In this document: in pieces, positions 1 through 7,450 of the stretch | Layout: every line of letters begins with the position of its first letter | How positions within the stretch are numbered: position 1 is the stretch's first letter | DNA from: a bacterium | Lineage (GTDB): Bacteria > Zhuqueibacterota > Zhuqueibacteria > Zhuqueibacterales > Zhuqueibacteraceae | Assembly: GCA_044869275.1 (NCBI GenBank) | Contig: JBIOXB010000194.1 | Location: 1-10,570 of the forward strand | DNA: 10,570 nt | Reading direction: 5' to 3' | The notes under the pieces: model-generated | The model's database searches: none | What the model saw: the letters and a program-made list of their open reading frames with translations, nothing else | What the model was told of the DNA's origin: nothing | Translations under genes and position numbers: made by a program

Positions 1-67
1 CACCACCGCGCGGCATGAGTATATTGGCACATTCGCAAAAGCTCCCGCCTCATCCATAGGAGAGTCC

Positions 68-601
68 ATGCCGCAAACGGCTGCTACTTTCTTCCTTCTC
101 CTGCTGCTGCCCTTGCCCGTCTGTGCTCAGCTCTCTCTGGAGGTCATCGAGAAGCTCGTGCAAAGAAATTTTCCCGTCACGAATATCAGTTGGCAAGAAT
201 TGAAACAGAGAATCGCAGCTTCGGATACTGCGCCGTATTTGCTTTTCGATACTCGCGCGCCGGAAGAATATCAAACCAGCCACCTCCATTCCGCCATTCA
301 AGTCGATGCACAGATGACGGCCGCGGATTTTATCAAGATGTATGGCGATACTCTCCAAGGCAAACACGCGGTGTTTTACTGCTCCGTGGGTTATCGCAGC
401 TCGATTTTCGTGCAACGCGTGCAGCCGGAAGTCCTCAAAGCCGGAGCGCGATCTGTTGCCAATCTACGGGGCGGCATCTTTCGATGGTACAATGAGGCCA
501 ACCCCGTCGTCGATGCGCGTGGCGAAACCGAGAAGATTCATTCGTATGATTCGTTTTGGGGCGCGCTGTTGCGCGCACGGGAAAGAAAGCAAAATGATTG
601 A
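68..601 (+). CDS. Exported single-domain rhodanese-like (sulfurtransferase) protein
   Basis: Rhodanese motifs LLFDTRAPEEYQTSHLHSAI, active-site loop FYCSVGYRS (Cys retained) and NLRGGIFRW. Hydrophobic N-terminus ending VCA-Q resembles a Sec signal peptide. AGGAG lies at 58-62 before ATG68. The frame is open back to the window edge, so a longer start cannot be excluded. Confidence 0.88.
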   Translation: MPQTAATFFLLLLLPLPVCAQLSLEVIEKLVQRNFPVTNISWQELKQRIAASDTAPYLLFDTRAPEEYQTSHLHSAIQVDAQMTAADFIKMYGDTLQGKHAVFYCSVGYRSSIFVQRVQPEVLKAGARSVANLRGGIFRWYNEANPVVDARGETEKIHSYDSFWGALLRARERKQND

Positions 602-644
602 TTGCGTTCTGGCCATTCAAACAGTTTCACAAGGAGGAATGACA

Positions 645-1706
645 ATGAAAGAACTGTCACGTCGCGGCTTCTTGAAATCTATCGCGGGGTTGGGGGCCTC
701 GATTCCGGTGTTTGGGCATGCGCCGGCGATTGTTACCAGCAAGTCCCGGGCAGCCGCGCGCGCGGGCGGCAAACTGCCCGTTCTGGTTTGCAGCCGCGGC
801 GAAGACTGGGGCAGCAAAACAAACGCGCCCGGTTGGGAGATTTTGAGCATCGGCGGGAATGTCATGGACGCCGTGGAGAAATCCGCAAACGTGACCGAGC
901 TCGATTCCGAAGATAACAGTGTGGGCTACGGCGGCTTGCCGAACGAAGACGGTGTGGTGCAGCTTGATGCCTCCTGCATCTACGGCCCGACTTTCGGCGT
1001 GGGCGCGGTGGGTTGTCTCGAAGGCGTCAAAACGCCGAGTAGCGTAGCGCGACTGGTTATGGAGCGCACGGATCACATGATGCTCGTGGGGGCGGGAGCC
1101 CAAAAATTCGCGATAGCGCACGGCTTTCCCATTGAAAACTTGCTTACGGAAAAATCCCGCATTAAATGGCTGAAATGGAAAGAAAGCCACAGTGACGAGG
1201 ACGATTGGGTGCCGCCGGCAGACGGCATTTATCGCGACCATACCGGGAGAACGTATGGCACGATCAATGTGCTCGCGGTCGATGCCAATGGCGACATTGC
1301 CGGCATCACTACCACCAGCGGGCTCTCCTACAAGATTTCCGGACGCGTGGGAGATTCGCCCATCATCGGAGCGGGCTTGTATGTGGACAACGAAGTCGGT
1401 GCCGCCGGCGCAACCGGCCGCGGCGAGGAAGTGATTCGCACTTGCGGCAGTTTTTATGTCGTCTCACTCATGCGCCAGGGCATGTCTCCGTCGAAAGCCT
1501 GCCTGGAAGCCTGCCGCCGCATCGTCGAAATCAACAAGAAGCTCGGCAAGAAGATCGACTATTACGACAAGTTCGTCGCCGTGAACAAAAAAGGCGAAGT
1601 GGGCTGCGCCGCCATCGGCTATCCCAAAGATCGCAAGCACGAGGTCGCATTCACAAATCCCGATGGCTTTGTGGCGATGAATGGGGAAATTCTTGCCGTG
1701 GATTGA
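645..1706 (+). CDS. Tat-exported Ntn hydrolase of the Asparaginase_2 family (N4-(beta-N-acetylglucosaminyl)-L-asparaginase / isoaspartyl peptidase-like)
   Basis: Motifs SVGYGGLPNEDGVVQLDA, nucleophile context YG-TIN (Thr codon 1260-1262), GRVGDSPIIGAG and ATGRGEE. Twin-arginine motif SRRGFLK at 657-677. AAGGAGG at 631-637 favours ATG645 (ATG639 is the alternative) over the ORF-track start at 342. Confidence 0.9.
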   Translation: MKELSRRGFLKSIAGLGASIPVFGHAPAIVTSKSRAAARAGGKLPVLVCSRGEDWGSKTNAPGWEILSIGGNVMDAVEKSANVTELDSEDNSVGYGGLPNEDGVVQLDASCIYGPTFGVGAVGCLEGVKTPSSVARLVMERTDHMMLVGAGAQKFAIAHGFPIENLLTEKSRIKWLKWKESHSDEDDWVPPADGIYRDHTGRTYGTINVLAVDANGDIAGITTTSGLSYKISGRVGDSPIIGAGLYVDNEVGAAGATGRGEEVIRTCGSFYVVSLMRQGMSPSKACLEACRRIVEINKKLGKKIDYYDKFVAVNKKGEVGCAAIGYPKDRKHEVAFTNPDGFVAMNGEILAVD

Positions 1707-1721
1707 ATCCTGTTTGATGAA

Positions 1722-1770
1722 GTTGCTGGTTACTGGCAACTGGATGCTAGATGCTTGATCCTTGATGCTG
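1722..1770. repeat. Seven degenerate tandem heptamers (consensus about GATGCTG) in the spacer between the asparaginase gene and proA
   Basis: Read directly: gttgctg gttactg gcaactg gatgcta gatgctt gatcctt gatgctg. Positions 1721-1741 also fold as AGUUGCUGG-UUA-CUGGCAACU. Confidence 0.75.
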
Positions 1771-1809
1771 TGCTACGGGCAATGAGTGTTTATTACGAGC
1801 CAGTTAAAT

Positions 1810-3084
1810 ATGAGCACGCCAAGATCAGTCGCGTTGCCGCGGGAAGTTCAGGAAAAAGGCGGGCACGCGCGAGTTGCTGCGGCCGCCCTGGCGCAGTGCC
1901 GCACGGCGCAAAAGAATGCGGCACTGGAAGCAATGGCGAAGGCCCTGCTGCAATCTGCCCAATACCTTCTCGCTGCTAATCAAAAGGATGTCGAGCTGGG
2001 TTTAGGCCACGGCATATCTTCCGCACTGGTTGATCGTCTCATGCTCAATGAGAAGCGCATCGCGACGATGGCTGAGGGCCTGCGCGCAGTTGCCGCGCTT
2101 CCGGATCCTATTGGTGAGGTGCTCGAGGGCTGGACACGCCCCAACGGGCTGCGCCTCCAAAAGGTGCGCGTGCCGCTTGGCGTGATCGGCATCATTTATG
2201 AAGCGCGGCCCAACGTCACGGCCGATGCTGCAGGCCTGTGCTTGAAAAGCGGCAACGCCGTGATTCTGCGCGGGGGCAAGGAAGCGCTGCATTCCAATCA
2301 CGCCATCGTCGAAGTATTGGCGACGGCGGCGGAGAGTTGCGAGCTGCCGCGCGGGGCCGTGCAATTGATCGAAAACCCCGATCGCGAAGTTGCTGCCGGC
2401 ATGATGCGCGCCCACGGCTTGATCGATGTGCTCATTCCGCGCGGCGGCGCGGGATTGATTCAATCCGTCGTCCAGAACGCCACCGTGCCCGTGATTGAAA
2501 CCGGCGAGGGCAATTGCCATTTGTACCTCGATGCTTCTGCCGAGCGCGAGATGGCAATTAATATCTGTGTGAATGCCAAAGTGCAGCGGCCTTCGGTCTG
2601 CAATGCCATTGAAACCTTGCTGGTGCACGAAGCCTGGGCGGAGCGATATCTAAAAGAATTGCTGGACAGGCTCGTGCAGCATGGCGTGGAAATTCGCGGC
2701 TGCGAGCGCACTCTGGGACTTTTTTCGCAAGCCAAACCCGCGACCGAGGCGGATTGGGAAGAAGAATTTTTGCGGCTGGTGCTGGCGGTGCGCGTGGTAA
2801 AAAGTTTGGATGAAGCGCTGGCGCACATACAGCGCTACTCTTCCCAGCACAGCGAAGCGATTGTCACGCGTAGTCTCACCGCCGCCGAACGCTTCACCCG
2901 CGAGCTCGATGCGGCAGCGGTTTACGTCAATGCCTCCACGCGTTTTACCGACGGCTTCGAGTTCGGCTTCGGCGCGGAGATCGGCATATCCACGCAAAAA
3001 CTGCACGCGCGCGGGCCCATGGGGCTGCGTGAATTGACCTCGATCAAATACATCGTGCACGGCGAGGGGCAGGTGCGGGTATGA
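1810..3084 (+). CDS. proA: Gamma-glutamyl phosphate reductase (glutamate-5-semialdehyde dehydrogenase)
   Basis: Motifs RVPLGVIGIIYEARPNVT, KSGNAVILRGGKEA, DVLIPRGGAGLI, catalytic RPSVCNAIETLL, NASTRFTDGFEFGFGAEIGISTQKLHARGPMGL. Start is uncertain (ATG1810 or GTG1786). Confidence 0.97.
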   Translation: MSTPRSVALPREVQEKGGHARVAAAALAQCRTAQKNAALEAMAKALLQSAQYLLAANQKDVELGLGHGISSALVDRLMLNEKRIATMAEGLRAVAALPDPIGEVLEGWTRPNGLRLQKVRVPLGVIGIIYEARPNVTADAAGLCLKSGNAVILRGGKEALHSNHAIVEVLATAAESCELPRGAVQLIENPDREVAAGMMRAHGLIDVLIPRGGAGLIQSVVQNATVPVIETGEGNCHLYLDASAEREMAINICVNAKVQRPSVCNAIETLLVHEAWAERYLKELLDRLVQHGVEIRGCERTLGLFSQAKPATEADWEEEFLRLVLAVRVVKSLDEALAHIQRYSSQHSEAIVTRSLTAAERFTRELDAAAVYVNASTRFTDGFEFGFGAEIGISTQKLHARGPMGLRELTSIKYIVHGEGQVRV

Positions 3085-3129
3085 GAACCTCACGTTTGGG
3101 CATTCTGCAGATATCGTTTGTGATACGTT

Positions 3130-3176
3130 TTACACTTTACACGTTACACCTTACACGTGTAGGGTGCAAGGTGTAA
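3130..3176. repeat. Heptamer tandem array (TTACACN x4) followed by three inverted units, forming an imperfect palindrome at 3137-3176
   Basis: ttacact ttacacg ttacacc ttacac | gtgtagg gtgcaag gtgtaa. The arms 3137-3156 and 3157-3176 are reverse complements at 17/20 positions. The element ends immediately before ATG3177. Confidence 0.85.
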
Positions 3177-4346
3177 ATGGACACCCCCATCAACATTCTC
3201 ATCGTCGCCGGCGAAGCCAGCGGTGACTTGCACGGTGCGCGTTTGGTGCAAGCATTAAGAGCTTTGCACCCGAACAGCCGCATCTCCGGCATTGGCGGCG
3301 ACGGCATGGCCGCAGCGGGCATGGAATTGCTGTTTCACATTCGTGACATGGCCGTCGTCGGCTTCACCGAAGTGATTCGACACATACCGTTTTTGCGGCG
3401 CGTCATGCGCACTCTAGAGGCCGTGATCGAGCGGCAAAAACCGAACGTTGCGATCCTGATCGATTATCCCGGCTTCAATCTGCGCCTGGCCGAACGCTTG
3501 CGCGCGCGTGGCGTCAAGATTCTGTATTACATCGCGCCGCAAGTGTGGGCCTGGGGCGCCGGCCGCATTCCCAAGATGGCGCGCTTGATCGATGAAATGG
3601 CGGTGGTTTTTCCGTTTGAAGCAGACTTATTTCAAAGTGCCGGCCTGCCCTCGACATTCGTCGGCCATCCACTGCTGGAGGGGCTGGTGCCGAAGCTATC
3701 ACGACCGGGCTTTTTTGCGCGCTATCATCTTCAGGAGCATAAACCCTTGCTCGGCCTGCTTCCTGGCAGCCGCCGGCAGGAAATCGAACGATTGCTGCCC
3801 GACATGCTCGCAACCGCACAAAGGCTGCGGCAGCGGCATCCGGATCTGCAAATCGCCCTTGCGCAAGCGCCGACCCTGCCCGCGGAATTGTATCGCGAGT
3901 GTCTTCCCAACTTCGATATCCAATTGATCAACCATGCCACATATGAAATCATGCGCGACAGCACGGCCTGCCTGGTTTGTTCGGGCACAGCAACTTTGGA
4001 AACCGCGTGCTTCGGCACACCGTTGGTGATCGTGTATCGCACCTCACGTCTTTCTTATGCGATCGGCAAGCGCGTGGTGAAATTGCCTTTCATCGGTCTG
4101 GTGAATGTCGTGATGGGCGAAAAAATCGCACCGGAATTTGTGCAGGACGATTTCACACCGGCAACCGCGGCGGAGGCTTTAGCTCCACTGTTGTTCGAGC
4201 ACCAAACCAACGCGCGCATGCGGCAGCAACTCGCGACCGTGCGGGCAAAATTAGGCACGCCGGGAGCGAGCGAGCGTACGGCGAGAATGGCATTGGGTTT
4301 GGCCGGTGTCCAGCTTGCAGTTGTACACGAACACGAAATGGCCTGA
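3177..4346 (+). CDS. lpxB: Lipid-A-disaccharide synthase (GT19)
   Basis: Motifs IVAGEASGDLHGA, GIGGDGM, IDYPGFNLRLA, YYIAPQVWAW, FVGHPL, LLPGSRRQEI, SGTATLE and IGLVNVVMG; 389 aa is a typical length. Confidence 0.97.
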   Translation: MDTPINILIVAGEASGDLHGARLVQALRALHPNSRISGIGGDGMAAAGMELLFHIRDMAVVGFTEVIRHIPFLRRVMRTLEAVIERQKPNVAILIDYPGFNLRLAERLRARGVKILYYIAPQVWAWGAGRIPKMARLIDEMAVVFPFEADLFQSAGLPSTFVGHPLLEGLVPKLSRPGFFARYHLQEHKPLLGLLPGSRRQEIERLLPDMLATAQRLRQRHPDLQIALAQAPTLPAELYRECLPNFDIQLINHATYEIMRDSTACLVCSGTATLETACFGTPLVIVYRTSRLSYAIGKRVVKLPFIGLVNVVMGEKIAPEFVQDDFTPATAAEALAPLLFEHQTNARMRQQLATVRAKLGTPGASERTARMALGLAGVQLAVVHEHEMA

Positions 4347-4380
4347 AAGACGCCAGCTGAAGCCTTCACCTGTGTGGCTA

Positions 4381-6078
4381 CTAAGCTGGAGCGACGATCC
4401 AAATAGGATTCGAAAGGGCTTGCGAAGAGAGAGGCGAGGTTTCGGAAGAGGAGCAAACTTCTCCGCGCAGATAAGAATTACCTTGCCATGAGGGCAAGTT
4501 CAGCACAACTTCAAATCGATACTCCTCGGCAAATTTTTGGTTTTCATAAAATACCTCTTCCCGCTTCACTTCTAAATCTCCCCGCCATATCATTACGCGT
4601 TCCAAGCGTCCGAATTCCGGTGTGCTTGTTGCTCGCAAGCAGAGACGGTTTATGCCCTGGTTGGCAGGTGCACCCGGCCAACTGATTTCATCATCCTCGG
4701 GAACCAGCTCCAATTCAACAAACACGCCATTGGTGATGATGGCGCTGCCGCTGCGCAGCGCCGCGAGCACGCCATGCAATTGAGGTCTTGTTTTTAGCTT
4801 GATCGCAGTATGAAAACGCCCAAAAACGTGGCGAGGATGCTCCACCATCTTCAAGCAGGGCAAAGAAACTTGCCGGAAGCGATTGAAGTTGCCATGGGCA
4901 TCATTGCCGGCAATGGCGGTCAGCTTTTTTCCTTGCACCAAAAAATCAAGCCACAGGCGTTGCCCATCCTCTTCGCCCTTCGCGCCACCGTTCCAGAACT
5001 GCATGCCATGCAGGCGAGGATGCGCCAGATCCTGCGCCTGCCAGCAACCGCGGCGCAACAGCTTTCTTTGCAAAAAAGGCACGGGCGCTGCCGGATGCGC
5101 GGCGAACGCCAGTGCGTTTTCATCCAAAACGTCGAGGATTTCACGTATGGAATGGTCGGGAGTGGTGTGCAGCCATTTCTCGCCGCCATCGCCGCTGCCG
5201 GCAATGAAATGCGGATGGTTGAAGATGAGAAAATGCACATTGTCGCCGGCAGCATTGCCGCAAGATACTTCTTCACCCGGAATCAGCACAAAACCGTCGT
5301 GCGCATTGTTCAATTTTTGAATGCGTGCTTGCAGCGCATGCCATTTGCGCAGCGCGGGATCGTTGTGCAAATAGTCATCGGGAAAATCGTCGAGATCATA
5401 AGAATGATCCGTGATACCGCAAAAAGACAATCCCTGCGCTCTTCCCATTGCGATCACGGCTTCGACCGGCGCGCCGAACTCGACTTGATCGTCGGTGGCA
5501 TCGGAATGAAAATGCAAATCGCCGTGATAGTAATTTGGCAAAGTGGGCAAAGGCCAAAGCGAGCGAAAGACTTGCAGCGGTGCGTGGCTCGTGCCCACGT
5601 GATTATCGTTCCAGCAAACGAAATTCTTGCCGCGACAGCGATAAGCGATCCCGACGTTCACCTCCAAATTGCTCGCAAATTCAGCGGGCAATTCCACAAA
5701 GTAAATCCGCCACCACCATGCTGAAGAAACCTCTTCGCGCTGCTCCTGCAAAGTAAATTCCAGCCGGGCCCTTTGGTGTGAGCCAGAATGCCGCGCCGGA
5801 GAGGGCAGCACCGCGCGCACCAGAGCAATTTCAGCACGCACCCGCTGCAAGGTGACGGGAAAACGATGCGCGTCTTTGATGATTACCAAAATCGGCAGGG
5901 CATGGCCGGGCTCCAAGCGATGCGGCGCGTCGGCGATGATCTCCGGGCGGCGACGGTACAAAAGGCTGGGAGCAAAGCGGAAATGATAATGCGTTTCGGC
6001 GTAAAGAAAAAAAATCACGCCCAAGGCGAAGAGAAAATCAAAAATTGGAAAGGAAAAAACCGAAGAGATTTCAATCAT
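4381..6078 (-). CDS. PHP-domain metallohydrolase (CehA/McbA-like) with an uncharacterised N-terminal extension and hydrophobic N-terminus
   Basis: PHP metal-ligand motifs in the expected order: GDLHFHS, ITDHS, GEEVS, AHP, GNDAH. A C-terminal beta-rich tail ends in YLRGEV...SNPIWI, typical of this group. The start overlaps the upstream GT stop (ATGA at 6078-6075). The substrate is unknown. Confidence 0.78.
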   Translation of the reverse strand: MIEISSVFSFPIFDFLFALGVIFFLYAETHYHFRFAPSLLYRRRPEIIADAPHRLEPGHALPILVIIKDAHRFPVTLQRVRAEIALVRAVLPSPARHSGSHQRARLEFTLQEQREEVSSAWWWRIYFVELPAEFASNLEVNVGIAYRCRGKNFVCWNDNHVGTSHAPLQVFRSLWPLPTLPNYYHGDLHFHSDATDDQVEFGAPVEAVIAMGRAQGLSFCGITDHSYDLDDFPDDYLHNDPALRKWHALQARIQKLNNAHDGFVLIPGEEVSCGNAAGDNVHFLIFNHPHFIAGSGDGGEKWLHTTPDHSIREILDVLDENALAFAAHPAAPVPFLQRKLLRRGCWQAQDLAHPRLHGMQFWNGGAKGEEDGQRLWLDFLVQGKKLTAIAGNDAHGNFNRFRQVSLPCLKMVEHPRHVFGRFHTAIKLKTRPQLHGVLAALRSGSAIITNGVFVELELVPEDDEISWPGAPANQGINRLCLRATSTPEFGRLERVMIWRGDLEVKREEVFYENQKFAEEYRFEVVLNLPSWQGNSYLRGEVCSSSETSPLSSQALSNPIWIVAPA

Positions 6079-7271
6079 CGTTGCGCTAATTCTTCCTCCA
6101 TTTGCAGACCGCGCGCCCCCTGGCGATAGCGCCGGCCTTTCCAGCGCACGGAGGCCGGAAAAAAAAAGAAAGGTGCAAGGGCAAGATTATAAATCAAAAA
6201 ATAGATTCGGAATGGCAGAACGTACCAGAGCAAGTGTCGAACCCGCAGCACCGCCGTACCGCGCCAAAGCAGCAAAAAATCCATGAGCAGCATGACCAGG
6301 CAGCCAAATGCGAAGAGCGACAAAGAGTGAAACGCGGCTACGACAATTGCCATATGACAGCAGAGCGCGAGCAAGATCAGGTATTTTGCAAATCCTCCAA
6401 ATTCCTTGCCGCCCGCGGTCCAACGCTGGCGCTGCTCGAAAAACTCCCGCCAGTTTCGGGCAGGATAGCTGAAGACGGCGGCCTGCGCGGCCACAGCAAA
6501 ACGCACGCGCCAGTTTTGGGCGCGCGCGATCTTGTGCATCAAGGCAAAATCTTCGACAATGCTGAAGCCGAGCTGCGCGTGCCCTCCGATTTGTTCATAC
6601 GCTTCGCGGCGCACGCCGAAATTGTTGCCGATGATCGAAACCGGGTGGCCCCACCCTGCCGCGCCCGCGCCGATGGTGAGCAGATATATCCAATCCAGGG
6701 CTTGCAGCTTGGCAAAAAAAGCATCGCGCTCTTCCTTCAAAAAATGTTGCGCCCAAGGCGGTGGAGACAACAAAGCAAAACCGCCCACCAGGCCGGTCGC
6801 GGGCGAGAAACAATCAACCATATGGCGCATCCATGTTGGCGGCACCAGGCAATCGGCATCTGTAAACAAAAGAATCTCGCCGCGTGCATGCGCCGCGCCC
6901 TGCGTCAGAGCACTCGCCTTGCCCGACATCCCTGGCCTTACTTCGGAGATGAAAATGCTGCGAATTTGCGCGTGTCGGTGCGTATAGGCAGCCAATAGAG
7001 CAGGTGTACCGTCCGTGGAACGATCGTTCATTACGACGATTTCGAATCGATCGCGGGGATACTCGCATTGCAGCAACGAATCAAGGCAGCCGGGCAAATA
7101 CTTTTCTTCATTGCGCGCCGCGACCAGGATGCTGAGGAATGGCCATTTGCCCGTGTTTGCTTCGGGAAAAGGCGAAGCAGAAAGTTTGCAATATGTTCCG
7201 GCAAACAAGGCAAGCGAAGTCGCGATATAACAGAGAAAAATAATACCTACGAGGGCACCTAAAATTAGCAT
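6075..7271 (-). CDS. Membrane-bound family 2 glycosyltransferase (D,D,D,QxxRW type)
   Basis: N-terminal TM helix, then SILVAARNEE, DRSTDGT, GKASAL, FTDADC, VEDF, QRQRW (6420-6434), several C-terminal TM helices and the VRWKGRRY tail. ATG7271 is preferred over the ORF-track start at 7313. Confidence 0.92.
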   Translation of the reverse strand: MLILGALVGIIFLCYIATSLALFAGTYCKLSASPFPEANTGKWPFLSILVAARNEEKYLPGCLDSLLQCEYPRDRFEIVVMNDRSTDGTPALLAAYTHRHAQIRSIFISEVRPGMSGKASALTQGAAHARGEILLFTDADCLVPPTWMRHMVDCFSPATGLVGGFALLSPPPWAQHFLKEERDAFFAKLQALDWIYLLTIGAGAAGWGHPVSIIGNNFGVRREAYEQIGGHAQLGFSIVEDFALMHKIARAQNWRVRFAVAAQAAVFSYPARNWREFFEQRQRWTAGGKEFGGFAKYLILLALCCHMAIVVAAFHSLSLFAFGCLVMLLMDFLLLWRGTAVLRVRHLLWYVLPFRIYFLIYNLALAPFFFFPASVRWKGRRYRQGARGLQMEEELAQR

Positions 7272-7318
7272 GAAGATTTTTGCTCTGAATGAAGCGACCC
7301 GATGCACAAACAAGCTGC

Positions 7319-7350
7319 AAATCGAAACTGCTCTGCAGCAGCTTCGATTT
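7319..7350 (-). terminator. 14-bp stem-loop between the serine hydrolase and GT2 genes (possible terminator, attenuator or processing site)
   Basis: The minus-strand RNA reads AAAUCGAAGCUGCU-GCAG-AGCAGUUUCGAUUU, giving 13 Watson-Crick pairs plus one G-U. It is followed by the weakly U-rich GCAGCUUGUUUG, so terminator function is uncertain. Confidence 0.45.
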
Positions 7351-7450
7351 CAGAAATATGCTCACCCACGCCCAGACGAGCCGCCATGCGCACACAGGAG
7401 CTGCGGATTTCATCAGTCGAGTCGGAACGTTTTTTTGTTCCTTTCACACT

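Noticed and set aside
1..59. 3' end of an upstream gene (frame 3 ending TAG at 57-59, or frame 1 ending TGA at 16-18)
   Set aside because: Too short to assign a frame or product without the upstream flank.
342..644. 101-codon N-terminal extension of the asparaginase ORF in the ORF track
   Set aside because: It overlaps the rhodanese gene in another frame. A strong SD (631-637) and the Tat motif directly after ATG645 define the real start.
3130..3176. Possible mini-CRISPR or IS terminal inverted repeats
   Set aside because: Units are 7 bp with no spacers, there is no cas or transposase gene in the window, and I see no target-site duplication.
4347..4380. Bidirectional terminator between convergent lpxB and the PHP gene
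   Set aside because: The 34-bp gap has only weak pairing (agcc...ggct) and no U-tracts. The tandem TAG TAG after the PHP gene is unremarkable.
4810..5724. 304-aa plus-strand ORF
   Set aside because: Antisense shadow of the PHP hydrolase gene with no recognisable motifs; long antisense ORFs are common in GC-rich coding DNA.
6102..6998. 298-aa plus-strand ORF
   Set aside because: Antisense to the GT2 gene. Its Lys/Gln-rich composition simply mirrors the Phe/Leu codons of the TM helices.
7424..7441. GGAAC-N8-GTTCC hairpin just after the serine hydrolase stop
   Set aside because: Only a 5-bp stem, and no U-tract follows on the transcribed minus strand; likely chance.
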